From an uncultured Phycisphaerales bacterium (GTDB taxonomy: Bacteria > Planctomycetota > Phycisphaerae > Tepidisphaerales > Tepidisphaeraceae): a stretch of DNA of 64,000 nucleotides. The notes under the pieces were generated by a model, which was given only the letters and a program-made list of their open reading frames with translations, did no database searches and was not told the DNA's origin. The stretch is taken from NCBI GenBank assembly GCA_963758525.1, contig CAVWVQ010000001.1, positions 352,001 to 416,000 on the forward strand, read 5' to 3'. Below are positions 33,772 through 44,970 of this stretch, one piece after another (positions within the stretch are counted from its first letter, which is position 1; each line of letters starts with the position of its first letter). The position numbers and the translations under genes are program-made.

Positions 33772-36700
33772 TCAGTGTTTGCTCGCCTCTTCGGAGAGCG
33801 ATCGATAGTAGTCATCCACAAACTGCTTGTACTTTTCGATGACTTTTTCGCTGGCGCCTTCCTGAACGGCCTGTCGCTCGCGCGCCGTGAGGCCGCCCCA
33901 CTCCTTGGCCGATTCCTGAATGTCGCGGCTCAGGTCCTGATTTGGCGCGTCGCCGCGCCCGCCGTTGGAGACGTTGCCGGATTTGGAGGCTGGCGCGTTG
34001 CCGCCGTCATTGCTCTTTGGCGCGCCGGAAGCAACTTGCTGCGGCCCCGCGCCGGGTTGGGGACCATTCATTTTTTCGCCCGGCTTTCCGGAGCCGGAGC
34101 TTGGGCTGGATTGCTGCTGTTGCTGCCGCGCCAGTTGGATCAGGCTGTCGAGATCCATGACGATGCGCTTCTGAATCTCCTGCGTGACCTGCCCCGGATC
34201 GTTGTTGAGCGCGAGGCGCTGCCGTGAGCGAGCCATCCGGTCGCCGGTGAGTTTCACATTCTTGCCGACGGTGTCATCCGACATGTCTTCGTTGCGGAGT
34301 TGCTTGTCGAACTCCTGATTCTCGATGTCTTCCTTGCTCGCTTCCTCGGGAAGCTGATCGCGATTGTCCGGCTCGGGATCGAGCTTGATGTGGGCCGATT
34401 TCTGGAGGAGCTGATCGAAGACACCCCGCAGCGATCCCTGCCGCTGACCGAGGGCGGCAAGCTTGGGCTGATCCTTCACTTTGGCGGCATCGATCGTGAC
34501 GGTGGACTTGTCGACCGCCTGCTGCAGCGCCTTGATCAGCCGCAGTTCAGCCTCGCTGGGCATCTTCGGCCCGCCCTTGCTGCTGCCGCCTTTCCCCCGA
34601 CCGCTTCGCTCGGCGAACCTTTCGTCCTTTTGCTTTTGCGCGAGATTATCGATCATTGCCTGAAGCTGCTCTTCGATCCGGCCTTCTTCGGCCTGCGTGG
34701 GCACGCCCGTTTCCGGCTTGCCCAGATCGTCCTTCACTTCGTTCATGGAGGTGGCGATGTCGCGATTCGCCCAGAGATAAACAACACTTCCCAGCGACTC
34801 CAGCTTCTTGCCGATCCCGTCGACCTCGCCGGCCAGCGTCCCCTGCTCGCCGGGAAGCTGCCCCAGGCGAACGCCCTGGAGACGCGGCAAATCGCCGTTG
34901 GCGTCCTTCGGCGTGGAATCGATCGTCACGATATCAACGCCGATTTTCTTCTGTTTCTCCAGTATTTTGATGTATGCCTGCTTGATGCTCTGCTCGGTCT
35001 GCTCCTGCAGCTTCTGCTGCGCCTTGCGGAGGGCATCATCGACGGCCTTGCGCGCCTCGATCAGCGCCCGCAGCGCCTCGACCTGCGGAGGCGCATAGGC
35101 ATCGGCAAGCTGAGCGTCGCGGAGATGCACGATCGCGCGTTCCATCTGCCCCGCGGCCGCGGTCAGCTTCGCGCCGGGCAATGGATCGGGCAGCGCCTCC
35201 GCCTGCTTCGCGATGTCGCGCGCGTTGCGCTCGGTCTGCTCCTGCGACGCGCTGAGCTGCCCCGGCTCCTGCGCCGTGCCGGGCTGGCCTGCGTCGCGGC
35301 CCGAAGCGTCTATCAGTTCCTTGCGATCCGCTGATTCGACCTTGTCGAGCCGCCCCTGGCCGCCCTGGGTCCAGAGGTTATCGAGATTGTGGCTCGCCTG
35401 GCGGCGCGTCAGCTCGGCGATCAATTTTTGCATGGCGTCGAGCCGGCGGGCCAACTCTTCCAGCTTGCGACGATCGGCTTCCTTGAGCTTGTCGATGATC
35501 ATGTCGAGGCCCAGCTCGATTTGGGCGTGCTGCGACTGTGCATCCGCCTGCTGGTTCTGCGACATGTTCGCCGAAGCCTGCGACTGCTTGCCGGGCACCT
35601 GCTGCTGCTGGCCGGTCTGGGCGGCGTCCTTCATTCCTTCCGACGCCGTCGGATCGGATTTGGAAAGTTGCTCGCCCTTGCGCTGCAGATCGTTCAGCGC
35701 CGCTTCCGTGCGCTTGGCGAGGGAATCCTGATCTTTCGCGAGATGATCGGCCTTGTCGCGATCCTCTTTGGTCATCTCCTGCGGCTTCTTCCCGAGATCC
35801 CCCTTCATCTGGTCGGTGAAATCTTTCGCAAGCTTGCCCTGAGCATTGCGAATCGCCTCGAAGGCGGAGATCGCTTCAGAAAGACCGCTGAAGTTGCCAA
35901 GCCGGTCCATCGCGGCGCGAAGCTGATCGGCGGCTAGTTGCTGGCTGTCCGATGATTTCTTCAAATCGTCCGCACGCGCCTTGGGATCCGCGGACGAATT
36001 CTGCGTGGCGTTTCCCAATTTCGAGGCGGCCTCGCGCATCGGCCCGTCCGACGTTTGCTCCAACTGCTTCTTCACGTCGCCGGTCGCCTGTTTGACCGAG
36101 TCGTCGGGCGACTTGTTCTCGCTCATTTTATTGAGCAGCAGCCCGAGCCGGGCCGCGATCTGCGCCGTCTGCGCCGCCGAGGTATTCTGCTGCGTCGTGA
36201 GCCGCTGGCCCTGTGCGGCGTCGGCGTCGTCAAATGTCTTTTTCGACTCGATCCCCTGCTTCAGCGTGTCTGTCTCCCCTTTATTGCGCACCTGCGCCGC
36301 GGCAAGCTGCTTCAGCGCGGCATAGGTCTGATCCAGCTCGTCACGCACCGTGCGGTCCCACTGCTCGTGACTGATGATCGTGACGCGGAGCCGGCCGCTG
36401 GGAACCCAGTCGTGCTGCTTGCCGTTGAGATCAAAGTTGTCCTTCACCTGAATGAAATATTCCAGCACGTCGCCGGGCTTGAGATTCGCGCCGGGAAGCG
36501 AAGCCAATGCCCAGTGATATTGCAGCCGATAGCGCTGATGCTCGACGCTGCTGTCGGTCAGTTCCCAGGTCGCACCGAGATTGGCAACTCCATCCTTCAG
36601 GAGATCGATCGTCCACCCGTTCTGCGCGGTCGACGCCTGGTCCCCCAGTCGATGCACAACCAGTTGAGCGTTGTCGATGCCAAAGTCATCCTCGACGACG

Positions 36701-37983
36701 GCCTTGATATCAAACTCCGCGTCGGGCGTGCGGTCCTCGCTGCGCCGCGGCTCCTCGATCTGCACCGTCGGGGGCTGATCCTCGCGAACGATCACTTCGT
36801 ATTCCGCGCCAGGATTGTTCTCAAAACCGTCCTCGTCGGTCGCACGCACCGAAAAGTGCAGCGGATCGACGGCCTGCAGCCGGGCAACCGCCATGGCGGG
36901 CGCGGGATGTTCCCAGACGATCGACGATACCGACGCCGGCAGCTTTTGCCCGGCCGCGGGGCGCAGCTCGATCGGTTTATCCTGGGCCAGCGGCTTATTG
37001 AAAGTAAATCGCAGGGCGATCTCCGACCCGACGCCCACCACCGCCGGCCTGTCGGAAAGATTGACGGTGCTCTGCCGGCGCGGCTTCACGTACGGAGGCG
37101 GGAGCACCTCCGCATCCACGCGCGCGACATCCAGCCGCGGCACGATCGCGATCGGCGCCAGCTCGCGCTGATCGTCGCCTGCTTCGAGCCGGACGGAAAT
37201 ACGCCCGGCTTCTTTCCCCTGGTCCATCCGCGCATCCAGGGCGGCGGTGTAGACGCCATCGGCGCGGGTCATGAGCTCCTGCTGCCAGGGTCCGTCATCG
37301 TAGCGGTAGAAGATCATCGCTTTTCGCGATGCGCGATCTCCTTTGGCAAGATGAATACGGACGGGAATGCGATCGCCGACCGCAACGCGGCGCGGGAGTT
37401 CCCCGTCCATCGCGATCTCCACGGTTTTCGGCCACGCGCGATTCCCCAATGCCAGGCGATCCAGCGCAGCGCTGACGTAGGCGTGATTTCCGAACAGAAG
37501 CAGCCCGGCCAACAGCGCCACCGCGCTGAAACCGCCGACAATCGAATACCACATGGGCCGCGCTCGGATCACGTCGCGGAGGTTGGTTTCCCCGGCCATC
37601 TGCGTCGCCTGAGCGATCACGCGCTGCTTGAGCGCATCTGATCCGGGAATCTCCGGTCGCAGAAAATCGACGGTGCTGCGCAGTCGATCATCGAACGCGG
37701 GAAAAGTGTGCTCGAGCCGGCCCGCGATGTCGGAAATGCTCAGGCCGCTTCGCGCGGGCAAGACGATCCAGTGACGCACCGCCGCGCAGACGCCGATCGC
37801 CGCGCCTGCCAACAGCGTAGCCCTCCCCACCGCCGGCAGTACCAGCGCCCAATCGATGAAGACGGTCAACAGCAGCAGGCCGACCGCGGTCGCGACGCAG
37901 ACCCCGGCTCCGAAGATGAGCGTGATTCCGCGCACACGCCGGCGGATGGCCTGCAGTGAATCCAGCAACGAATGAGGCGCCAT
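33772..37983 (-). CDS. Large membrane-anchored protein, beta-rich then Q-rich coiled coil (DUF4175-like)
   Basis: 1403 aa; three N-terminal TM helices, D.PP.V and DDFGI motifs, C-terminal WG.L..RER and Y...V..YY..L. Confidence 0.85.
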   Translation of the reverse strand: MAPHSLLDSLQAIRRRVRGITLIFGAGVCVATAVGLLLLTVFIDWALVLPAVGRATLLAGAAIGVCAAVRHWIVLPARSGLSISDIAGRLEHTFPAFDDRLRSTVDFLRPEIPGSDALKQRVIAQATQMAGETNLRDVIRARPMWYSIVGGFSAVALLAGLLLFGNHAYVSAALDRLALGNRAWPKTVEIAMDGELPRRVAVGDRIPVRIHLAKGDRASRKAMIFYRYDDGPWQQELMTRADGVYTAALDARMDQGKEAGRISVRLEAGDDQRELAPIAIVPRLDVARVDAEVLPPPYVKPRRQSTVNLSDRPAVVGVGSEIALRFTFNKPLAQDKPIELRPAAGQKLPASVSSIVWEHPAPAMAVARLQAVDPLHFSVRATDEDGFENNPGAEYEVIVREDQPPTVQIEEPRRSEDRTPDAEFDIKAVVEDDFGIDNAQLVVHRLGDQASTAQNGWTIDLLKDGVANLGATWELTDSSVEHQRYRLQYHWALASLPGANLKPGDVLEYFIQVKDNFDLNGKQHDWVPSGRLRVTIISHEQWDRTVRDELDQTYAALKQLAAAQVRNKGETDTLKQGIESKKTFDDADAAQGQRLTTQQNTSAAQTAQIAARLGLLLNKMSENKSPDDSVKQATGDVKKQLEQTSDGPMREAASKLGNATQNSSADPKARADDLKKSSDSQQLAADQLRAAMDRLGNFSGLSEAISAFEAIRNAQGKLAKDFTDQMKGDLGKKPQEMTKEDRDKADHLAKDQDSLAKRTEAALNDLQRKGEQLSKSDPTASEGMKDAAQTGQQQQVPGKQSQASANMSQNQQADAQSQHAQIELGLDMIIDKLKEADRRKLEELARRLDAMQKLIAELTRRQASHNLDNLWTQGGQGRLDKVESADRKELIDASGRDAGQPGTAQEPGQLSASQEQTERNARDIAKQAEALPDPLPGAKLTAAAGQMERAIVHLRDAQLADAYAPPQVEALRALIEARKAVDDALRKAQQKLQEQTEQSIKQAYIKILEKQKKIGVDIVTIDSTPKDANGDLPRLQGVRLGQLPGEQGTLAGEVDGIGKKLESLGSVVYLWANRDIATSMNEVKDDLGKPETGVPTQAEEGRIEEQLQAMIDNLAQKQKDERFAERSGRGKGGSSKGGPKMPSEAELRLIKALQQAVDKSTVTIDAAKVKDQPKLAALGQRQGSLRGVFDQLLQKSAHIKLDPEPDNRDQLPEEASKEDIENQEFDKQLRNEDMSDDTVGKNVKLTGDRMARSRQRLALNNDPGQVTQEIQKRIVMDLDSLIQLARQQQQQSSPSSGSGKPGEKMNGPQPGAGPQQVASGAPKSNDGGNAPASKSGNVSNGGRGDAPNQDLSRDIQESAKEWGGLTARERQAVQEGASEKVIEKYKQFVDDYYRSLSEEASKH

Positions 37984-38081
37984 ACCGAACTCCGTAGGTC
38001 AGCGATCGGTTCTTCTTTCGTGGTGCGGGCTTCCGGCCTGCTTGCCCCGGGAGCAGAGTGCAGGCTCGCACCACAAAGCCT

Positions 38082-40815
38082 TTATAACATCCCGTACGCT
38101 TTGCGCAACACCCATTCGGCCGTAATCAGCAACATAAACAGGAGCATCGTCAACGGTGCGCTCCACAGCGGCATGTCTGAGGGCATCAGCGTCGTGCGCG
38201 CGGCACTGGGAATCAGGCCGGGCAATATCGCCCGCGCCTTTGCAAACGCAACGCTTTGGCCAAGCGTTTCCGAAGCGAGTGATGAGAGCGAAATCGAATT
38301 CACGCGCGGGTCTGCCAACTCCAGACGCGGCTCGATGACCTCGATGTTGGCGTCCAGATTCTGACCGGCGCTCGCGACAGCAGGCAGCCTGAACACGAAT
38401 CGCCCGACACGATCGGCGGCAAATGAACCGAGATAATCTCCCTCACCAGGCTGTTTCTGCAGCTTCTCCATCTTCACCGGCTGATCCTTTTCGTCATTGA
38501 CTTGGACGCTCAACTCCGAGGGAAGTTGCTGGCGCAAATCGGGTCGAGCACTGCCAGGCGCAGCGCACCTGCTGGCCGAGTTCGTAGGTATCGCGATCGG
38601 CGGTGAAGGTCAGCCGTCGCTGGCCGAGCTTTTTGCCCCGCGCCAGCCAGCGAAGCTGCTGCACCCAATAGGTGTCGAAGACGGATTCGCCGGTATAAAA
38701 ACGCCATCTCCAGGAATCGTCCACACCGGAAAACAGCGAGCGCCCTGCTCCGAAATGGCTCAACACCAGCAGCGGCGCTTTACGACCGTCGGGTCCGGTG
38801 TCGGTCGGATGCTCCGCGTACACGATTCCCACGCCCGGCTTGGGCGTCACGCCGCGCAAATACCAGAAGAGCGGCTGCAGGTCGGTCTTCAAAAACTTCG
38901 CGTTCTCGTCGCGATCCGGGAGGAAACGGAAGATGGAGGAGTCGGATCCTTCCTTGGTCAGCACCGGCCGGAATCCCTGATCGAACACGGCGGTCGGATC
39001 GTCGGGTAGCACGCGCGTGATGTTGACCGGGAGGATCGCTTCGATGGGCGTGTTGCGAAAGGCCGCCGGAGTGGTCTGCGGACCGGCGATCATGCCGAAC
39101 CCGCCGCCGTGACGCGATACAAAATCGGAAACCAACTGCAGCTGATGATCGGTAAACTGGCGCGGCTCGACGTCGCCGAAAAGAATAACGTCGTAAGGCA
39201 TCAGCTCTTCGATGCTCTCGGGAAATCGCGTGAGCGGCCCGGGGAATCCTTCGTGCGCTGGATCGCCCTCCTGGGCGAATCCCTGATCGGCGCTGGTGAG
39301 GAGGCAACTAATATCGACTGTCTTGTCGCGGATCATCTCGTTCTTGATGTAGCGATATTCCCAGCGCGGGTATCCCTCGACGTAGAGCACCGCGATCCTG
39401 GCATCGAGTACTGACAGTTGCGCAGAGCGGACGTTGTCGTCGTAGTCGATCTCGCCGGGCTGCTTGGCTGCCTCGACGGAGATCTCCAGCGGACCGACCT
39501 GATCGGGCTTGAAGAGCAACTCTTCTTCCTGCGGCCCGGCGTCCGGAAGTGTGACCGTCTTTTCCACCGGTCGTCCGTCCGCGCCGCGGAGCAACGCCCC
39601 GGTTTTGCGATTCCGCAGCGACAGGTGAACGTCGTGATTCGGGCCGTAGCCGGTGGCGCGCACGATCGCTTTCACGAGCACCAGGTCATCCTTAAACGCG
39701 CTGTCTTCAACGGCGATCGACTGGATTTCGATGTTGGTCGGCGCTTTTTCGGAGCCGATGGCAATCGGATAGATCCGAATCCCGTAGGTCTTGAGCGTCT
39801 TGGTCACCCCGGGAGGCGGAGGGGACGGCGTATCGCGACCGTCGGTAAGGATGACCACGCCGGCGAGGCGCTGACCTTGCAACGAGTCGAGGACACCGAG
39901 CAGTGACGTGGCAACCTGCGTGCTTGCGCCCTGCGGCTTGAGCTCCTCGAGCGCGGCCATCAGCGAATTCTCGGCCGACGGGTCGGCTGCTTTGGCGGCT
40001 TGATCGTTGCGTCCTGGAAACGTCCCAAGCGGGCGTGCCCCGCGGTCGAAAGCGAAGCATCGCAGCGTGTGCGTCTTGGCGAGCTTGCGCATCAGCTCTT
40101 TATCGTTGCCTTTGAGCAGATCGATCGCCGCCGATAATCGCGACTGGCTTGCCGGGCCTTCTGCGGCGTCCTGCACTTTCATGCTCAGGCTGTCGTCGAG
40201 CAGCACCGCGACCACTGACGGCTCAACGAGAATCTTGATGCGCGTCAGCACTGGATTATTGAGAATCAGGATCACCAGCGCGATCAGAGCGACCCGCAGG
40301 GTGCCGAGCGCGAGCCGCGCGAGCCGCGAGCGACCATCCTGACGATAGACGTAGATCACAATGAATATCGCGGCGATCGCCAGCGTGATGTTCCACGCGG
40401 CGGTTCCGCTCAGGAGCGAGAGGAGCAGCCCGAAGAGGGTCACTCGAGCGACGAGAAAAAGCGTGTCGTTGTCGCGATGTATCAACAGGAGCCAGGCGAC
40501 CACTCCGGCGATGACGACCGACGCGCCAATCGTGTGGATATTGAGTGCCGTGAAGAGCATCGCTGCGGGCCATAGGAGCGATCCGCAGACGACCAGCGCG
40601 AGGACGGGGCGGGATGGCCGCTGCTTTTTACGGATCAGCACGATCAGCAGCGCCACGACGATCAACGCCATCAGCCAGTTCAACGTGGATCCGGCGCCAC
40701 CGACCAAAGGCCCCGGCCAATGCGGATCAAAACGCAGGTGCAGTTCCCCTTCGCCGGAGAGGAAGCCGCGATCGAGTCCGAGGAGGCGTTCGAGGATGTG
40801 AAGAAAAGCGTTCAC
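38082..40815 (-). CDS. Membrane protein with VWA and GATase1-like domains (frameshift near 38555)
   Basis: LDDSLSM MIDAS, LTDG, YVEGYPRWEYRY, GGGFGMIAG, WRWR, EWVLRK tail; GTG start overlaps upstream TGA. Confidence 0.85.
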
Positions 40816-43065
40816 GCGCCGGCCACCACCGTGCCGGTTTCTGAACGGCGATAGTGGCCGAAGCGCATGGCCAGAAAGCATTCAAACGCGACAAACCCCA
40901 GCAGAAGCGCCATGCACCACCACCCCAGATCGTTGCGCTCATTTGCGGCTGAAGCCTCGGAGGGAAGTTCGTCGCCATGCATCGTCATTTGAGGATCGCC
41001 GAGCGCCTTGCGGATAGCAGCGTCGTCCAGGGCGAAGACGTCCGCTTCCTCTTCGGCCGGCACATTGACCGCGACGGGCACCTGCCGGTTTCCCAGCGAC
41101 AACATGTAGACGCCAGGCTTGGCGATGGGTTCCGAATGATAGGTGCGAGCACCACGTCGGGCGAAGCGGGATCGGGATCGACCATCGCCACTTGCTGCTG
41201 TGCAGCATCCAACAGCGCGGGCGCGCCGGCAAGCGAAACGCCCGGCGGAATCACCAGCCGTTGACCGACCGTCAGATTCATCCAGTAATCTCCGGCGCGA
41301 ACGCTGCCAGTCAGCAGCTCATGAATGAGCGGCACGTACGCGAGTTTGGCGGGAAGATTCGTCCAGTCGGGATTGGCCGTCGTCGATACAAACACCACAT
41401 GCCCCTGCCCCAGCGCCTGAGACGTGATGGCCGGATCCTCAGCGCTGCCGGGCGCAGCTCCGGCAGCGGGAAGATAGCTCAGAATCGTCTCGGTGTTCGA
41501 GCCGCGCCCGATATCGACCTGCCAGTAGCTGAACACCTGCGCCTGTCCAAACCGGATTCGGGCTGGCGGGCGAACTCGTTCAGGAACCGGCTGACCACGC
41601 CGTTGGGCTTGAAGTCGAACAGCGCACCGCGCTGATCGGTGCCGACGCTCACGAGCTTCAACAGCGGGCCCGGAAGCAGCTTGCGGGGCAACAGAACGCT
41701 ATTGTAATTTTCCTTTTCAACCGCGTCCCCCATGAAGAGCATGAGCGTGCCGCCGCGCTCGACATAGTCGCGCAGCCGATCGGCTTCGGACGCGGTGATC
41801 TGACCGACCCCGGCGAGCAGGACGGCGCTGTAATCCGTCAGCACCTTATCGCCCAGCTCAAGGTCGCTGATCAGTTCCGGCGTGACGTAGCTGTCGGTGT
41901 TCCCTTTCTCATCCTTTGGCGGGGCCAGCGCGAGCTTGAGAAATGCGCCCGATCCTTCCAGCTCGGTCGCGCCGTGCTTCCCTTCGACGATCAGCGCCTT
42001 GAGTTCAGACGTGACGTCGATCACCCGCTCGAACTGATTATCGACCTGGAGATGATCCTCGTCGAACAACCGCACTGAAAGCACGTGCGGGCCTCCTGTC
42101 GGAAACGATGCGTGCGATTGCGTGACCTCGGTCTTTGCCTCGAGATGAACCGGCTCCGGATCGCCCAGAACCCGATCGTCGAGCTTCCATTGCACGCTGG
42201 CGTCGCGCGCCAGGCCGAAGCAGCGAACGACGGCCTTGAAGTCGGAGGGGAACTTGTCGGTCACCAGATTGGACGCCGGGGCCAGTTCCGTGACCGCGGC
42301 GTTCCATTGAGCGCCGCCCTGCGCGAGGTTGTAGAGGGAAATGTGATAGAGGGCAGCCAGTTGGGGACCAAGCTCCTTGAGCGCCGACGCCTGTGCGCCC
42401 TGGAATGCGCCGCGAGCGCCATCGGTGAGAATGTAGAGATTCCGGTTGGGCTGCTCGGGATGCTCGCGGGCCAGCTTGACCGCGGCGTCCAGCGCGCCGC
42501 TCAGGTCGGTGGCCCCGTAACTCTGCCCGATGCGATCCACGGCTGACGCGGCAGATTGCAAATCGTAGCTCGGCGTCCCGAACAAGGATTTTGCGGGCCG
42601 GCCCGCGACGATGATCGCGACGGATGTGCCGCCGGAATCGTTGCGGCTGAGCAGCGCCTTGGCGATTGCCTTGGCGCGATCGAGATGCGTCTTTGCGCCG
42701 GCCTTGTCGATCTCGTAACCCATTGAATAGCTGTTGTCGATCACAATCACGTCGAGCGCGGTCCGACGTCCCAGGCCCGCCAGCGCGCCGCTTTCGCAAG
42801 CCAACGGGCGAGCCAGCGCCAGGCCGAGAAGCAGCAAGACCGCGCATCGCGTGGCCAGCAAAAGCCAGCGTTCAAAACGCAGCCGGCGGCGGTTCTTGCG
42901 CATCGCCCGCAGCAAGAATTCCATCGCCGCCCAGGAAACAGTCTTGAAGCGACGCCGGTTGAGAATGTGAATGATGATCGGCACCGATGCCAGGAGCAGC
43001 CCCGCCACGGCGAAGCCAGGGCTGAGGAGGGCGAAGGCGATCGGAGACGACGGACAGTGAGTCAT
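40812..43065 (-). CDS. BatA-domain / VWA protein (frameshifts near 41540 and 41110)
   Basis: PIIIHILNRRR...WAAMEFL...LLL..R...LALARP (BatA), IDNSYSM MIDAS, LTDG. Confidence 0.88.
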
Positions 43066-43075
43066 CGCATTTTTC

Positions 43076-43175
43076 CGAAACCCGAACCAGGAAACCCAAA
43101 ACAGAAACCCGAATTCCGAAACCCGAAATCAGAATCAAAGAATCAAATCCGAATGACGAATGACCGAATGTCGAA
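43076..43175. repeat. Degenerate heptamer tandem repeats (CCGAAAC / CGAATGA)
   Basis: ccgaaacccgaaccaggaaaccc...ccgaatgacgaatgaccgaatg; similar tract near 51050-51100. Confidence 0.7.
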
Positions 43176-43319
43176 GAACAACAACATGCATGTGCGCCAG
43201 TTCCCGCACGCATAGATATCGCTGCCCTTCGGGCAGCCGCTAAAAGGCGTTCAGAAGCTCGTCTCGCAAGGTAATATCGTTCATCTGCAGCTTCCCTTCG
43301 TGCCTCCGTGCCTTCCCCT

Positions 43320-44252
43320 TTACTTCATCGACGCCGCGCGGCTTGCGAGGAATCCGCTGAGCGAAACGTCCAGCGGTTCGCCGCTGTTCATGCGGGTGAA
43401 ATCGATGCGCATTCCGCGGCACAATTTGCTCAGCTCGCCGGTGAAGAGCGCGAGCTGCTCGAGATATCCCTCGCGCAGCGCGCGGGGCTCGGTGAGCAAT
43501 TCGCCTCCTTCTTCCAGGCCGCGGAAGAGGGTTGTTTCTTCGAACGGAAATTCGATTTCCAGCGGATCGAGAATCTGAAACGCCATGAGCTCGTGTTTTT
43601 TGTATCGCAGGTGCCGCAGGCCCTTCTTGATGCTTTCGATGTCGTCGAAGAAGTCGCTGAGGAGGACGATCAGACTTCGGTGCGTGAGCTTTTCGGCAAG
43701 CTGATCGAGGATTCGGCCGGTATTGGTTTTCTTGAGCCGGGGAACCTTCTGCAGCTCGTGCGTGATGATCTTCCACTGGGCGGGCGTATTGCTGGGCTTG
43801 ATGTAATGCTTCAAATCGTTGTCAAAAATCGCCAGCCCGACCGAGTCCTGCTGCTGAATAGCCATGTACGAAAGCGACGCCGCCATCGCGGTGGCGTGAT
43901 CGTATTTTGTCCAACTGTCATTGCCCTGGCCAACCGACCCGAATCCCATCGACTGGCTGGCATCGACGATGCAGAGCAAGTGGAGATTCGTCTCTTCCAG
44001 ATATTGCTTAAGGTAGATCTTGTCGGTCTTGCCGAAGACCTTCCAGTCGACGTGGCGGGTGTCATCGCCGGCCACGTACGGGCGGTGCTGCGCAAATTCG
44101 ACGGAGATCCCCTGGTACGGCGAGCGATGCATGCCGGTCATCAGGCCTTCGACGATCAGACGGGCGCGCAAGTCGAGCGAATGGATCCGCGCCAGCATGC
44201 GCGGATCGAGATACCTGCGGTAGTCGGTCGAGGTGTCGGGGATGATGGACAT
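43320..44252 (-). CDS. DUF58 domain protein
   Basis: G.HRSP..G.SVEFAQHRPY..GDD.RHVDWK, DASQSM, LSDF. Confidence 0.93.
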   Translation of the reverse strand: MSIIPDTSTDYRRYLDPRMLARIHSLDLRARLIVEGLMTGMHRSPYQGISVEFAQHRPYVAGDDTRHVDWKVFGKTDKIYLKQYLEETNLHLLCIVDASQSMGFGSVGQGNDSWTKYDHATAMAASLSYMAIQQQDSVGLAIFDNDLKHYIKPSNTPAQWKIITHELQKVPRLKKTNTGRILDQLAEKLTHRSLIVLLSDFFDDIESIKKGLRHLRYKKHELMAFQILDPLEIEFPFEETTLFRGLEEGGELLTEPRALREGYLEQLALFTGELSKLCRGMRIDFTRMNSGEPLDVSLSGFLASRAASMK

Positions 44253-44279
44253 CGTTTCACCGTGCTGCTCAAGACCCAG

Positions 44280-44792
44280 CTACGCAGCGCCATGCACGGG
44301 TTTGCGCCGTCCGAGATGGCGTGACCCTCGATCGGGATGGTGGATCAAATGCGCCAATAATCGCCGCGCCATGCTGCGCTCCGCACTGCTCCCGGTTTGA
44401 GTCAGTTGCGCAACCGGGTTCAACAGCCGCGATGGGAAAGCCACGTCCTGCGCCGCACTTGCAGGTCCCCATAATACAAAAATGGATCTCGCCGCCTCTT
44501 CCCTCAGCGAGGCGGGCAACTGCATCAGGAAGGATCCGAAATTCTTGTGCTTGGCCTTCGCAGCCAGCCTGAAATAGATCAGAAGCACCGCTGCCAAGCC
44601 CGACAAGTCGCTCGTCCTGCCCAATGCGCTGGTTGGAAGGCCAGCAATCACCTGTTCAATTTCGATCAACACTGGCGCGCCCATGGCCTCGATCCTCTCA
44701 GCAGCGCGATTGAAGCCGACGCTGCCGTGATGGAGTGAGATATCGCGGCCGCGTATCGCCCGAATGATCGGTTGTCTTGTTTCCATCGTCAC
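44280..44792 (-). CDS. Hypothetical protein between moxR and DUF58
   Basis: 170-aa ORF, same strand as the operon, no recognised motif. Confidence 0.5.
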   Translation of the reverse strand: MTMETRQPIIRAIRGRDISLHHGSVGFNRAAERIEAMGAPVLIEIEQVIAGLPTSALGRTSDLSGLAAVLLIYFRLAAKAKHKNFGSFLMQLPASLREEAARSIFVLWGPASAAQDVAFPSRLLNPVAQLTQTGSSAERSMARRLLAHLIHHPDRGSRHLGRRKPVHGAA

Positions 44793-44970
44793 GGTGTCCT
44801 CATCGCTTGCGCCGAAAGCCGTGCTGTTGCATCACTGTCATGATTTGCGCCTCATTTGCGTCAATCTTTTGGTGGCCGATCTGCTCCTCCGTCCGACCGA
44901 TCAGTCCCTGCTCTTTGTACTGGAGCTAGTGGCTCAGGCTCGAACTCGTCCTTACCGGTAACGCGCTTGC

